Source of the DNA: a virus
Lineage: Duplodnaviria; Caudoviricetes
Virus record (IMG/VR): IMGVR_UViG_3300022745_000039
Coordinates: 1 to 57,489 of that record
Strand: one strand, 5' to 3'
DNA: 57,489 nt
Positions 45,158-54,141 of this stretch are shown in pieces. The stretch's first letter is position 1; each line of letters begins with the position of its first letter. A model generated the notes under the pieces. It was not told where the DNA came from, did no database searches, and was given only the letters and a program-made list of their open reading frames with translations. Both the position numbers and the translations under genes were made by a program.

Positions 45158-45551
45158 TGGGTTCTCCGGTTTCGCTCAGTATCCAGGCAGCAAGCTCCTG
45201 GCGTGTCTGCAGTCTATTCTGAAATTGTAGGGTCGGTACGGGGTGCTCCCACTCTAAGTCTCGCAAGAGTACGCCGCCTGCCTTACAACCAACAATCACT
45301 GCCACGTTGCGGCCTTCGTGGTAGCGACCCCACAGCCACTCCAGCTGGAGGGCTGAGCACTCCACTTGAACGTCTGCGGTCACGGGGATGCGCTCGACGA
45401 ACTTGTACTCCACCCACAGCTCGCTCTTCATGCCGCTGTAGTAGTAGTCAGCCGTGCCGCCACGGTAGGGGTTGTTCATCTTCTCGCCATGCAGCTTGGG
45501 TGGCAAGTGCTTGTTGACACTGCCGATGAACGTGTTCTCGGGCTTTCTCAC
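45039..45551 (-). CDS. PD-(D/E)XK nuclease, Holliday-junction resolvase/VRR-NUC-like
   Basis: PENTF...GGTAD...LWVEYK...SALQLEWL...G.NVAVIVG. Confidence 0.7.
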   Translation of the reverse strand: MRKPENTFIGSVNKHLPPKLHGEKMNNPYRGGTADYYYSGMKSELWVEYKFVERIPVTADVQVECSALQLEWLWGRYHEGRNVAVIVGCKAGGVLLRDLEWEHPVPTLQFQNRLQTRQELAAWILSETGEPNDQKRSGDLRSARRATSGGGRQAADLRGSVRRPTRQEAR

Positions 45552-45886
45552 TTGAGTACGCCGTTGAGTTCGTCGTCGATCAGCTTGGTATAACCGGCAA
45601 TGTCGTGCCAGCTGTCGGCGTAGTTTGGGTCACCGTTCAGGATGCGACCGATCTTGTGCGCAACCATTTCAAGAGCTTCGCGCTGCGAGTAACTGAGGTT
45701 GTCCCAGCCAGCATGCGCGCGCATGGTGTCTTTGAGCGACTGTGTAACTGCTGCGTGGCCCACAAACGAACCGTACCGCTTGCCGCGTTCTTCCAGTGTT
45801 GCGTCGACAGTCGCTGGTGCGGCTGACGGCGGGGTGTTGTCTTTGATCCATTGCTGGTGTTTGAATGCGCTGTCGGTAAGGCCCAT
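45548..45886 (-). CDS. DUF6378-like protein
   Basis: TLEERGKRYGSF...KIGRILNGDPNYADSWHDIAGY. Confidence 0.8.
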   Translation of the reverse strand: MGLTDSAFKHQQWIKDNTPPSAAPATVDATLEERGKRYGSFVGHAAVTQSLKDTMRAHAGWDNLSYSQREALEMVAHKIGRILNGDPNYADSWHDIAGYTKLIDDELNGVLK

Positions 45887-45922
45887 GTTTCCTCCGTGGG
45901 TTAAGTTGATTTGAGTTGAATT

Positions 45923-46024
45923 ACTTCTATATGGGCGTCGTAGCGTTTCAGTCGAGCCTACTTGTCCGTATTCTTTCAACGGTGAGCCGATAGCTGTTTC
46001 TATCCACGGCGCCCATGTAGAAGT
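45923..46024. ncRNA. Candidate structured RNA or long inverted repeat
   Basis: 21-bp imperfect stem 45923-45943/46004-46024 enclosing CCGT..ACGG and GATAG..CTATC hairpins. Confidence 0.45.
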
Positions 46025-46056
46025 GCGGGAGTCCCCGCACTGCTCTGTACCGCCGC

Positions 46057-46296
46057 TTAGACCGCTGCGGGCATCAGCTTCGACAAATCTGCCTGGGCCT
46101 TGTCATGGGCCTTGGTCAGCTTCTCGACAGCTTTGGTTGCTGCGGCGTCGGCCTTGGCGAATGCCTTGGCTGCTTCGGCCTTGGCCTTGACAGCTGCCTT
46201 CAGCTCAGCGGCTGCAGTCTTGACTGCTGCCTTGGCGGTTGCGATGACAGCCTTCTTGTCGGCTGCGGAAAGTACGGCGGATTTAGCACGTGCCAT
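46057..46296 (-). CDS. Histone H1-like Lys/Ala-rich protein
   Basis: AKAAVK repeats; GGAG RBS; downstream hairpin GTGCGGG..CCCGCAC. Confidence 0.7.
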   Translation of the reverse strand: MARAKSAVLSAADKKAVIATAKAAVKTAAAELKAAVKAKAEAAKAFAKADAAATKAVEKLTKAHDKAQADLSKLMPAAV

Positions 46297-46383
46297 TTTG
46301 AATAACTCCAGGTTCGTTGTAACAATGAAATGGCCGTTCTTTCCGGCCTGTCAGACGTTTGACCGACGTCAAGGGTTTTGGTA

Positions 46384-47211
46384 TCAACGGCGAGCGTTGG
46401 CTACCTTCTTCGCAGGCACTGCACGACGGGGTGCGGGCTTGGAATCGTTGGCCGCAGTGGAGACATCAGGCTCGACCTGCAAGCGAGTCAGCGTGGACTC
46501 CTTGAGGCTCTGCGCGATGGCCAGGAGCGGATCTTTGGTGGACAGCGCTTCAATGACGGAGAAGCGCAGGGATGCCCACTCGTCGTCACTGAAGGAGACC
46601 TTCGTTGCCACGCCGCGAATGGGCATGCCGTACTTGGATGCCACAGTCGCCACGTGACCGTCGAAGGACTTCAGGCCAGTGCTGGACACCTTCAGGATCT
46701 GAATCGGTGTGTCAGCGTCGGCGTCCAGCGGGATCACGCCCAGCAGGCGGGTGTTGGAGCAGGCCTTGCCACGTCCGTTGGGGGCGGACTTGAACTGGTT
46801 TGCCCAGCAACCGGCGCAACCACCTTCGCATTGCACATCAGGGCTGTTGGCCGACGGTACGAGACCGGCAGGCTCCAGGCCGATGGCAAAGCACTTGGGC
46901 GGCACGATGTTGTTGCGATCAAACTGCGTGTCGTAGTAGAAGTTCGCAGCCACGAAGTCGACAATCACGCATTCCAATTCGTCGACTTCCAGGCCGTTGG
47001 GCAGCTTGAAGGTCTTGCCTTGGGTGACGGTGATGCGGTCGCCGCTGGGCGCAGAGATTCGCTTCTGCAGGGCCGCGACTTCGTTGGCGAACTGCTCGTT
47101 GATGTTCGCAGGGAGGTTGACTTTCGCTTTGGCTATCGCTGTGCTCGTAGACTTCGCTGCGGGTTTCGCTTCGGGTTTGGCTTTGGTTGTTGCCATGATG
47201 GTTCCTTGCAA
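46384..47211 (-). CDS. Putative ssDNA-binding/recombination protein
   Basis: Located in the replication module; C..C..NQF.SA..GRGKAC.N.R motif; start may be the second ATG. Confidence 0.6.
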   Translation of the reverse strand: MQGTIMATTKAKPEAKPAAKSTSTAIAKAKVNLPANINEQFANEVAALQKRISAPSGDRITVTQGKTFKLPNGLEVDELECVIVDFVAANFYYDTQFDRNNIVPPKCFAIGLEPAGLVPSANSPDVQCEGGCAGCWANQFKSAPNGRGKACSNTRLLGVIPLDADADTPIQILKVSSTGLKSFDGHVATVASKYGMPIRGVATKVSFSDDEWASLRFSVIEALSTKDPLLAIAQSLKESTLTRLQVEPDVSTAANDSKPAPRRAVPAKKVANARR

Positions 47212-47239
47212 GGTTGATGAAAGATTCTCTTAGATTCGC

Positions 47240-47638
47240 TTAGAGATCGCGCAAGTTGATCACGCGCTTTGTGTACGGCTCCATTCCTGGAATCGCACCT
47301 TTCTTCTCCAGCAGCTCGCGCATGGCGGGGTCCGACACACGGCGCTGCAAGAGATGAAACTGTTTGGTCTTGGAGACGTACGCCGTGAACGCATCCCAGT
47401 CCTGAGTGTTGAAGCTCGTGGACTCGTTGATGCTGGCGCTTGCCACCTTACCTGTGGACTTGGAGACGCCCTCGGCATCCATCAGTTCGATGAGCTGCGT
47501 CTGGAGGGCTTCGTACTCGCCGGTCAGTTCCTTTTCGGTGACTGCCAGGGCACGTTTCTTGGCACGGATCTCTTGCATCTTGTCGATGAGAGAGCCGACG
47601 GTGACTTTGGGTTTTCGCATTGCAGTTACGGTCGCCAT
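47240..47638 (-). CDS. Conserved phage replication-region protein
   Basis: Coiled coil, then DWDAF..YV......LLQRRVS...IPG. Confidence 0.7.
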   Translation of the reverse strand: MATVTAMRKPKVTVGSLIDKMQEIRAKKRALAVTEKELTGEYEALQTQLIELMDAEGVSKSTGKVASASINESTSFNTQDWDAFTAYVSKTKQFHLLQRRVSDPAMRELLEKKGAIPGMEPYTKRVINLRDL

Positions 47639-47645
47639 GATGTTT

Positions 47646-47685
47646 CCTTAGAAGGAGTTGAGAGAATATCAGAGTGCGTTAGAGT
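47646..47685 (-). promoter_or_regulatory. Tandem decamer array
   Basis: Minus strand ACTCTAACGC ACTCTGATAT TCTCTCAACT, then the RBS of the 47638 gene. Confidence 0.7.
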
Positions 47686-47713
47686 TCAGCGATTGGATTT
47701 CGCTATCACGCGC

Positions 47714-49561
47714 TCACTTGCTGTAGCAGGTGTCGAAGCCGCCGTCCGCATCGAAGGGCATGTCGGCACACCAGTCGGGAGCCTCACGCATGCGAGCGAT
47801 CTGCGCCTTGAGCTGCTTGTCGGCCAGTCGAGCAGGGGCAGTCGTGACCACCTCATCGTGCGTCAGCATGCTGATCGCTGCCACCTCGTCGCGCTTGAGC
47901 TTGAGCTTGCGCAGGTCGTCTTCGATCTTCAGCGCCTGCTGACCCACAGCGATACGGGCGATGGCCTGCACGATGTTTTCCACGACCAGCCCGCCGTACA
48001 CATACTTGTAGACGTCGAAGGACTTGTACTTGAACGCGCCGGTCTCGCTCAGGTGCAGGCCTGGGTAGTTGATCGGCATGCCGTTGGGGAGCCAGATCGT
48101 GTCGGCGTCGAACTCAATCACGCCATCGAACGCAGCGCCGGACTCGCCGCGCACCATGCGGTGCAGCATCAGCTCGGCTTCCTTCCAGGCCAGCGGCACC
48201 ATGTGGTTCTTGCGCCGGTACAGATTCACGACGCGCTTGGCCTCGGTGGCTGTGATCGGCATTGGCGGACCCATAGAACCCAGCTCCAGAGTGGTCTGGA
48301 ACTTGACCGCACCCATGCCGTAGCCCAGGCCCAGCACGGCGACCTTGCCCACGAAGCGCTCGCCCTTCGTGATCTGGTCGACAGGCTTGCCATAGATCGC
48401 GCTGGCCATGATCTTGTAGACGTCCTCGCCCTTGGCAAACGCATCCAGCACGTCCTGCTGACCGGCCAGCCACGCCAGCATGCGGGCTTCGATCTGGGCG
48501 CTGTCGGTGACGATCAGCACGTGATCCTTGGGCGCGATGATGGCACGACGCAGCTCAGAGCCACGTGGCAGGTTCTGCAGGTTGAGCTTGTTGGAGCCGC
48601 CCCAGCGACCGGTCTTGGCTGCGTAGTAGTTGTACGACGCAGGCAGCTTGCCGGTCTGACCGGCCTGGATGAGCCGGTTCGCACGGGTCTCGACCTGGGT
48701 GCTCTTGGCTGCAAGACGCGCCTGGGCCAGCAGCACGACCTTCTTGTTCTCGTGCTCCAGCAGCTCCAGGAACTCAGGGTCGGACTGGGCGAACGCAAAG
48801 CTCTCGTGGCCGGTAGCCAGACTGATCTTGGTGGGTGGCTCGACGCCGAGCTTCTTGAGGGCGTCGGCGAACTTAGGGTTTGAGAGCAGCACTTCCTCGC
48901 TGGTCTTGGCCTTGGCGATGGCCGCACGCTTGTGCATCATCTCTTCGGCCAGGGCCAGCTCGGCACGTGGTATGTCCACTTCGAGCTTCGAGTCACAGAA
49001 CATACGGATCGTTACGTCGATCAGGCGCAGCTCGTCCCACGGGTAGATCTCGACCTGCTTGGCAAAAAGCGCGAAGCACAAGTCCACGTCGGTCTTGCAG
49101 CCGTCCATCAAGCCCTTGAGTATGTCGGGCGGCAAATCGCGTATGCCCTTGGTGGGCGTCAGGTAGGTCTCGCTCTTGGCGCCGATACCGTAGAGCTTCG
49201 CCACGGTGTCGAGCTTGGCACGACTCACATCAGCGTGCAGCGCACGGGTCATGGAGAGCGTGTCCAGGTAGAAGTGCGGGACGATGCCGTGGTGGTGCGA
49301 CAGGATGAAGCCGTCGAACGCGGTGTTGTGCGCCAGCAGATAGTGCGTGCTCCAGTCAATATCCTTGAGGATCTTGATGCCTTCGGCTGCGGTATAGCAC
49401 TTGGCCGCTTTCTTGCCGATCTTGATACCCCAGCAGTGTTCCTTGAACCGTGGATCACGGATGTAGGACGACGTGTTGAGTTCTTTCTTCGTCAGACTGA
49501 ACTCGGTGGAGTAGAAGGTCTCGGCGTCAACCGTGATCACTTTGTTGAGGTCAATTTTCAT
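47714..49561 (-). CDS. polA: DNA polymerase, family A
   Basis: Exonuclease DAET, AHNTAFD; TGRWGG, NLQNLPR, motif A DSAQIEAR, motif B RFVGKVAVLGLGYG, motif C THDE. Confidence 0.95.
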   Translation of the reverse strand: MKIDLNKVITVDAETFYSTEFSLTKKELNTSSYIRDPRFKEHCWGIKIGKKAAKCYTAAEGIKILKDIDWSTHYLLAHNTAFDGFILSHHHGIVPHFYLDTLSMTRALHADVSRAKLDTVAKLYGIGAKSETYLTPTKGIRDLPPDILKGLMDGCKTDVDLCFALFAKQVEIYPWDELRLIDVTIRMFCDSKLEVDIPRAELALAEEMMHKRAAIAKAKTSEEVLLSNPKFADALKKLGVEPPTKISLATGHESFAFAQSDPEFLELLEHENKKVVLLAQARLAAKSTQVETRANRLIQAGQTGKLPASYNYYAAKTGRWGGSNKLNLQNLPRGSELRRAIIAPKDHVLIVTDSAQIEARMLAWLAGQQDVLDAFAKGEDVYKIMASAIYGKPVDQITKGERFVGKVAVLGLGYGMGAVKFQTTLELGSMGPPMPITATEAKRVVNLYRRKNHMVPLAWKEAELMLHRMVRGESGAAFDGVIEFDADTIWLPNGMPINYPGLHLSETGAFKYKSFDVYKYVYGGLVVENIVQAIARIAVGQQALKIEDDLRKLKLKRDEVAAISMLTHDEVVTTAPARLADKQLKAQIARMREAPDWCADMPFDADGGFDTCYSK

Positions 49562-49757
49562 GTTGTGGTGGTTTCTTTGGAACTGGTGCCCAGTGGGTCC
49601 AGAATGTGTCGCGTCCGTTCCAGACGCCGTATGCAGCCACACCACCCAGGCCAAGCAGTTGCAGCTTGACGCCACGTGGCGTGTCTTCGTTGATGGGAAT
49701 CCAGTAGTAGTCCGTGGCGACTGCCACGTTCTTCTGGTTGTTGACTGTGTAGCTCAT
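49551..49757 (-). CDS. Hypothetical protein (DUF551-like C-terminal THW.P.P)
   Basis: WIPI...TPRG.K...FWTHWAPVP. Confidence 0.65.
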   Translation of the reverse strand: MSYTVNNQKNVAVATDYYWIPINEDTPRGVKLQLLGLGGVAAYGVWNGRDTFWTHWAPVPKKPPQHEN

Positions 49758-51127
49758 GCCAGCAGCGCCTTCAGCTCGCTCGTGAACTCGTCAGAGCGCA
49801 GTGTCTTGCCAGTCAGGCGCTCGTACGCAATCTCGTCGTACGTGCCGCGCGCCACCACAGTGATCGTCTCGGTCTTCTGTGTCTGACCGATACGGTAGAT
49901 GCGCTTCAAGCCCTGCTTGTACCACTCAAGGTTGTCAGTGGGGCTGGCCCAGATCGTGCGCGTGCCCTTGACCCACGTCAGTCCGTGTGCGGCGCTTTTG
50001 GGGTGGGCGAAGATGGCGTCGTAGCCGCCTTTTTGGAAGATGGCTGTGATTTCGGCGCGCTCTTTGTCTGATGCCGAGCCGTCGTAGACTGCAAATCTAA
50101 GGCCTCTTCGTTCCGCTTCTTTGCATAGTTCGTCGCGTTGGTGTTTCCACTGGAAAAATACGACGCTATGTGCACACTCCCCCACAAGATCAAGCACAAA
50201 TTCATAACGGCCAGTATTAAAGAGACTGTAAGCCGTCTCACCGCCGCTATACACCGCGCCAGATGCAATTTGAAGGAGCTTAGTTCGTAGGACAGCCTTG
50301 TTGACAGCAGTAACTTTTTCACCGCGAAGGTACGTGACCATCTCGTCTTGCATCTCTGCATAGTGCTTAGCGTGCTTGGCTTCCAGCGTAATGGGTCGTG
50401 TGTACTCATGGTTGGGCGGGATGTCGACGCACTCTTCGAACAAGTGCTTGATGGTGATGTCTTTGACCAGAGCAGCGACGATCTTGGCGATACCTGGCTT
50501 CTCGGTCCACTTGACCATGTTGGGCATTGGCCCTACTTGTTCAGGCTGACAGACCGCACTCCTGAAAGCAAAAAATGATTTCCCGAGTCGCTTACCGCCA
50601 TCAAGCAGGAAGTATTGGTGCCAGAGGTCAAGAACACCGTTGGGATCGGCAAGTCCGCACATGTTGCGACGGTGTTCGAAGTGCTGCGCAACTTTGACTG
50701 CGGACTTGCTACGCTGGCTCGTGTTGTGCTTGAACGCAGTCGATTCGTCGACGATGAACGTGCCACCTTCGAACGGTTTCCAAAACGACTTGTTCTGCTT
50801 GGCGAGCCAATTAACAGCGTCATGGTTCGTGATGACGACGTCTGCGCCTGATGCAAATGCTTTCTCGCGGTTGTGAGCGTACGCCACTGCCACCTTGATG
50901 TCGGGCGCGTATTGAGCAAAATCATCAGCCCACGCACTCTCCAGTGTGGATCGTGTGGCGCATACGATGGCGGGCTTGCCGCCTTTAGCACGACGCTCAG
51001 CAAAGTCTTCGATTTCGACACGAGTCTTCCCCGTTCCAGGCTCGCTCTGATCGAAGAACAGTGGGTTCTTCTTCAGCGCTGCCTTCGTTTGTTTCTGGTG
51101 TTTGAAGAGCGGCTTTTCTTTGTTCAT
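49754..51127 (-). CDS. SNF2-family helicase
   Basis: EPGTGKT, IVDEST, HPKSAAHGLT, Q...RIYRIGQ. Confidence 0.9.
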   Translation of the reverse strand: MNKEKPLFKHQKQTKAALKKNPLFFDQSEPGTGKTRVEIEDFAERRAKGGKPAIVCATRSTLESAWADDFAQYAPDIKVAVAYAHNREKAFASGADVVITNHDAVNWLAKQNKSFWKPFEGGTFIVDESTAFKHNTSQRSKSAVKVAQHFEHRRNMCGLADPNGVLDLWHQYFLLDGGKRLGKSFFAFRSAVCQPEQVGPMPNMVKWTEKPGIAKIVAALVKDITIKHLFEECVDIPPNHEYTRPITLEAKHAKHYAEMQDEMVTYLRGEKVTAVNKAVLRTKLLQIASGAVYSGGETAYSLFNTGRYEFVLDLVGECAHSVVFFQWKHQRDELCKEAERRGLRFAVYDGSASDKERAEITAIFQKGGYDAIFAHPKSAAHGLTWVKGTRTIWASPTDNLEWYKQGLKRIYRIGQTQKTETITVVARGTYDEIAYERLTGKTLRSDEFTSELKALLA

Positions 51128-51140
51128 GGCTGTAGTAGCT

Positions 51141-51362
51141 TTAAGCCAGCGGCATGTTCTGGACACCTTGGGCTTTGAGACGGCGCAGGATCTTGGCCTT
51201 GGTCTTTTCGCGCTTCTTGCGTGTGACGTTCTCGTTCCAGGCCGCGATCTCTTCAGGCGGGCTGACGATCATGGGGTGGGTGTTGACGGCCTTGGGTTCC
51301 TTGCGCACGCCGGACATGCGAAACAGTGCTTGAATTTTTTGGAACAGGATGTTGTTTTGCAT
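51141..51362 (-). CDS. Basic hypothetical protein
   Basis: ATG at 51362 overlapped by a decamer array. Confidence 0.5.
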   Translation of the reverse strand: MQNNILFQKIQALFRMSGVRKEPKAVNTHPMIVSPPEEIAAWNENVTRKKREKTKAKILRRLKAQGVQNMPLA

Positions 51363-51388
51363 TAGATTGCTTTCGATGTTGTTAGAGT

Positions 51389-51646
51389 TCAGCCCAAGCC
51401 ACGGCTCGGGCATTTCTTGAAGTCCATCGCACCAGGGCGACCTTCGTACGGACGCAGTTCTGCGCCGTCGTACGTGCCTTCTGATACCACGATGCGTGGT
51501 TGTGCTTCGTTAAGGTCACGTTGCCGACGCACCCAGGGCTGAGAACCACGTACTTCCTTCGGCGCCAGATTGGTGCTGGGCTTGATGTAGTGCAGGGTGG
51601 CCGGTGGTGGATCTTTCAGGATCTTGGCTTCACGCTTTTTCGTCAT
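51389..51646 (-). CDS. Hypothetical protein
   Basis: TYDGAELRP...RPGAMDF...PSR motif; ATGA coupling. Confidence 0.7.
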   Translation of the reverse strand: MTKKREAKILKDPPPATLHYIKPSTNLAPKEVRGSQPWVRRQRDLNEAQPRIVVSEGTYDGAELRPYEGRPGAMDFKKCPSRGLG

Positions 51647-51960
51647 TCAAATTCCTCGGGTACTGTGATGCCGTTCTTGCGCAGCAGGCTGACGGCCTCT
51701 GCAGGCAGCGAGAAGCCGCCGTCGTAGTCAACCAGCTCGGGGTTGCCGGACGCGTTGTATTCGCACCAGATTCCGTACTCGACAGATTCGTCCAGTGTGG
51801 GGATGTCGAATTCGATGCAGTAGCGCAGCGGGCCGTCCTTATAGCCGTACAGCTCCATCGTGCACGTGTGGTTGCCCAGCTGATCTGGCGTCGGCGAGCT
51901 GCTGTACTCGCGCACGATGTTCGTGGCGAACTCAATCTTGTCGATGAGGTCCATCTGCAT
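51643..51960 (-). CDS. Acidic hypothetical protein
   Basis: AGGAG RBS; LVDYDG.FSLP motif. Confidence 0.75.
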   Translation of the reverse strand: MQMDLIDKIEFATNIVREYSSSPTPDQLGNHTCTMELYGYKDGPLRYCIEFDIPTLDESVEYGIWCEYNASGNPELVDYDGGFSLPAEAVSLLRKNGITVPEEFE

Positions 51961-51961
51961 G

Positions 51962-52885
51962 TCAGGCTCCTATGATCCCGGCCAGCTGTGCAAGCGTGCA
52001 CTCAAAGCCTGCTGCGTTCTTGTGACCACCGCCACCGAAGCGCTTGGCTATGGCGCTGACGTCGTAGTCACCGTTGCTGCGCAAGCTGCACTTCACTTGG
52101 CGGTCTTGACCGATGTGGTAGACCAGACCGAATGTGCTGGACTTGTTGGCCAGCTCGTGCCCCAGATCACTGCTCAGGTCGGGGCTGGCGTTGACACTCA
52201 GACCGGCGAAGTGCACGGTCTCCATGTAGTTCGTGTGCGTCAGCGTGCACTGTGCTGCGTGCTTGGCTGCAGATTCCACGCGGCCCTTGTGGTCGTCCAG
52301 CAGGATGTTGCCGATCATGAGCACGTCTTGGTAGCGCTCGCTGTGTTCGACCCACAAGAACTCCGAGTTCCACTGCTCAAAGGTCCAGGGCTTCAAGGCG
52401 CGCAGTGCACGGCTGAAGGCCTTGGTGTTGTGGTTTTTAAACTGCCAACGGTCGTAGTCGTCGATGTGCAGGACCAGCTTGGGTATGACTGTGCCGCCGT
52501 GAAAGAAGTCCCAGGCAATCAGAGCGCCGCTTCTGCTGTTGTCCAGGACGATGCGGTGCTTTTGCGTGGTGATATTGTAGAAGCTGTCATCTTTGAACGG
52601 CTCTTCAGGTGTCCACATTTCGAACGCCGTCTTGTGGTGATCAAGCCACGTCGTGTGTATGGCGGTGGCGAAGATGTACTCCATGACAGGGCGCGGGAAG
52701 CTGAAGTCAAGGATGAATACGTGGTGATCCTTGATGTTGCCCAGCAGATCCACATCGTCTGCTGTCTTGATCTGGCCGTAACTCACAGGCACGTACTCGG
52801 CATCATCACCGAATACCTTCCAGGCGGCGAACGCAGCACCGAAGCCGTCGGTGCAGTTGGCGTGATAGAAAATGACAGGCTTCAT
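51962..52885 (-). CDS. DHH/DHHA1 phosphoesterase
   Basis: YHANCTDG, ILDFS, LDHH, D.DRW, SLRS, GGGGHKNAAG. Confidence 0.9.
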   Translation of the reverse strand: MKPVIFYHANCTDGFGAAFAAWKVFGDDAEYVPVSYGQIKTADDVDLLGNIKDHHVFILDFSFPRPVMEYIFATAIHTTWLDHHKTAFEMWTPEEPFKDDSFYNITTQKHRIVLDNSRSGALIAWDFFHGGTVIPKLVLHIDDYDRWQFKNHNTKAFSRALRALKPWTFEQWNSEFLWVEHSERYQDVLMIGNILLDDHKGRVESAAKHAAQCTLTHTNYMETVHFAGLSVNASPDLSSDLGHELANKSSTFGLVYHIGQDRQVKCSLRSNGDYDVSAIAKRFGGGGHKNAAGFECTLAQLAGIIGA

Positions 52886-52888
52886 TGC

Positions 52889-53221
52889 TTAATCTTTCTT
52901 GGCGGGGTCGGCGATGGTGATGATCTTCTCGATCATCTGAGTGGCTTCTTGCAGCGTGTCTTCACTGAAGAGCATGTCTTCCAGAACCATGTGCATCTCA
53001 GTGAGCTTGTCTGCAGCCATGTTCAAGGTCAGTTGGGAGACGATGTCGTCCTTGTTATTGGTCACGCCGACGGCTGCAGAGGCGTAGAGCTTCGTGGCCA
53101 TGATCAAAGCCGCCATCAGGTGGACACGTTGAGCAAAGTCTTCACCGTGTCGTGCTTTGGCGACTTCAATGATTTCAGACATGTCCTGGATGGTTTCATG
53201 CACTGTGGTAGTAGCGGTCAT
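52889..53221 (-). CDS. Hypothetical protein
   Basis: Helical 110-aa ORF filling the operon. Confidence 0.7.
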   Translation of the reverse strand: MTATTTVHETIQDMSEIIEVAKARHGEDFAQRVHLMAALIMATKLYASAAVGVTNNKDDIVSQLTLNMAADKLTEMHMVLEDMLFSEDTLQEATQMIEKIITIADPAKKD

Positions 53222-53239
53222 GGTTCTCTTTCGTGGTGG

Positions 53240-53965
53240 TTAAGCGTATTTCTTGCGGTAATCTGCAAGGGTCATGGATGAAGTCATGCCGTGTTCACAC
53301 TGTTTGCCTTTGTTGGGGCCGTACGGGCAGTACTGACAGGTGAAAACGTTTGGATTAGGTTCGAACTTGTTAGATTCGAAGGCTTTGTCAATCTTGAGCG
53401 CACGTGCATTGAACGGCTTCACAAAGCTCATCACGTGCTTGCGGGTGTAGTCGACCGGCGTCAGTTCGTCTTTGTCCAGATACCAGAGTTCGACGCGGAT
53501 GTTCATGACACTGGGGTTGCGGATCGCAGTCGCCAGCGCATAGAGCTGAACTTGTTCGCCGTGCTTGATCTCATTGCCCCATTTCTTGCCGGTCTTGTAG
53601 TCGATCACAATGGCGTAGGTCGGCTCTTTGGGTTTGTCGAACATCACTGCGTCGGCTTTCATACGCAGCCACGCAGTGCGGTAGTTCGTCGGGAGCCATT
53701 CTTTGTCAAAGCCCCACTCGCCTTCGAGCGACACACGGCCTTCAACGTAACGCTGACGCAGTGCCAGGAAGTCGTCGTCAAACTTCAGCAGCTCGGTGGG
53801 CAGTGACTTGGTCTTGCCGAGCACGAAGTTCTCAGCCATTGTGTGGATGGCTGTACCGCGATCAGCGGCTTCGTGTTTCTCTTCGGGGATTTTGTCGATG
53901 TGCTTCAGACGGAAGCGGTAGCGGCACTGCTCGAAGTCAAGCAGCTTGGAGTATGACCAGCTCAT
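53240..53965 (-). CDS. Cas4/AddB-like PD-(D/E)XK exonuclease
   Basis: WSYS.L..FEQC, RGTAIH, KAD, IDYKTGK, Q.QLY, CQYCPY...C. Confidence 0.88.
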   Translation of the reverse strand: MSWSYSKLLDFEQCRYRFRLKHIDKIPEEKHEAADRGTAIHTMAENFVLGKTKSLPTELLKFDDDFLALRQRYVEGRVSLEGEWGFDKEWLPTNYRTAWLRMKADAVMFDKPKEPTYAIVIDYKTGKKWGNEIKHGEQVQLYALATAIRNPSVMNIRVELWYLDKDELTPVDYTRKHVMSFVKPFNARALKIDKAFESNKFEPNPNVFTCQYCPYGPNKGKQCEHGMTSSMTLADYRKKYA

Positions 53966-54141
53966 GGTGTGTCCTTGGGTTTCTGGATGTCGATGTAGGG
54001 CACCAGTTCTTGCAGAATGGCGTTGGCGCTGGGGCGCACGTAGACGATGCCCATGGGGTTGATCAGCACCCACTCGCCGCGTTGGGCTGCGCGACGCAGA
54101 TATTCCAGGGCTTCCAGAGAGGATGTTTCGGGGTTTTTCAT
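53962..54141 (-). CDS. Hypothetical protein (59 aa)
   Basis: MKNPETSSLEALEYLRR...; ATGA overlaps at both ends. Confidence 0.55.
   Translation of the reverse strand: MKNPETSSLEALEYLRRAAQRGEWVLINPMGIVYVRPSANAILQELVPYIDIQKPKDTP

Noticed and set aside
46300-46380. Known riboswitch (e.g. c-di-GMP)
   Set aside because: Hairpins are present but the conserved consensus elements are not recognisable
53240-53965. CRISPR-associated cas4
   Set aside because: Solo Cas4-like nucleases are common in phage replication modules; no other cas genes or array are present
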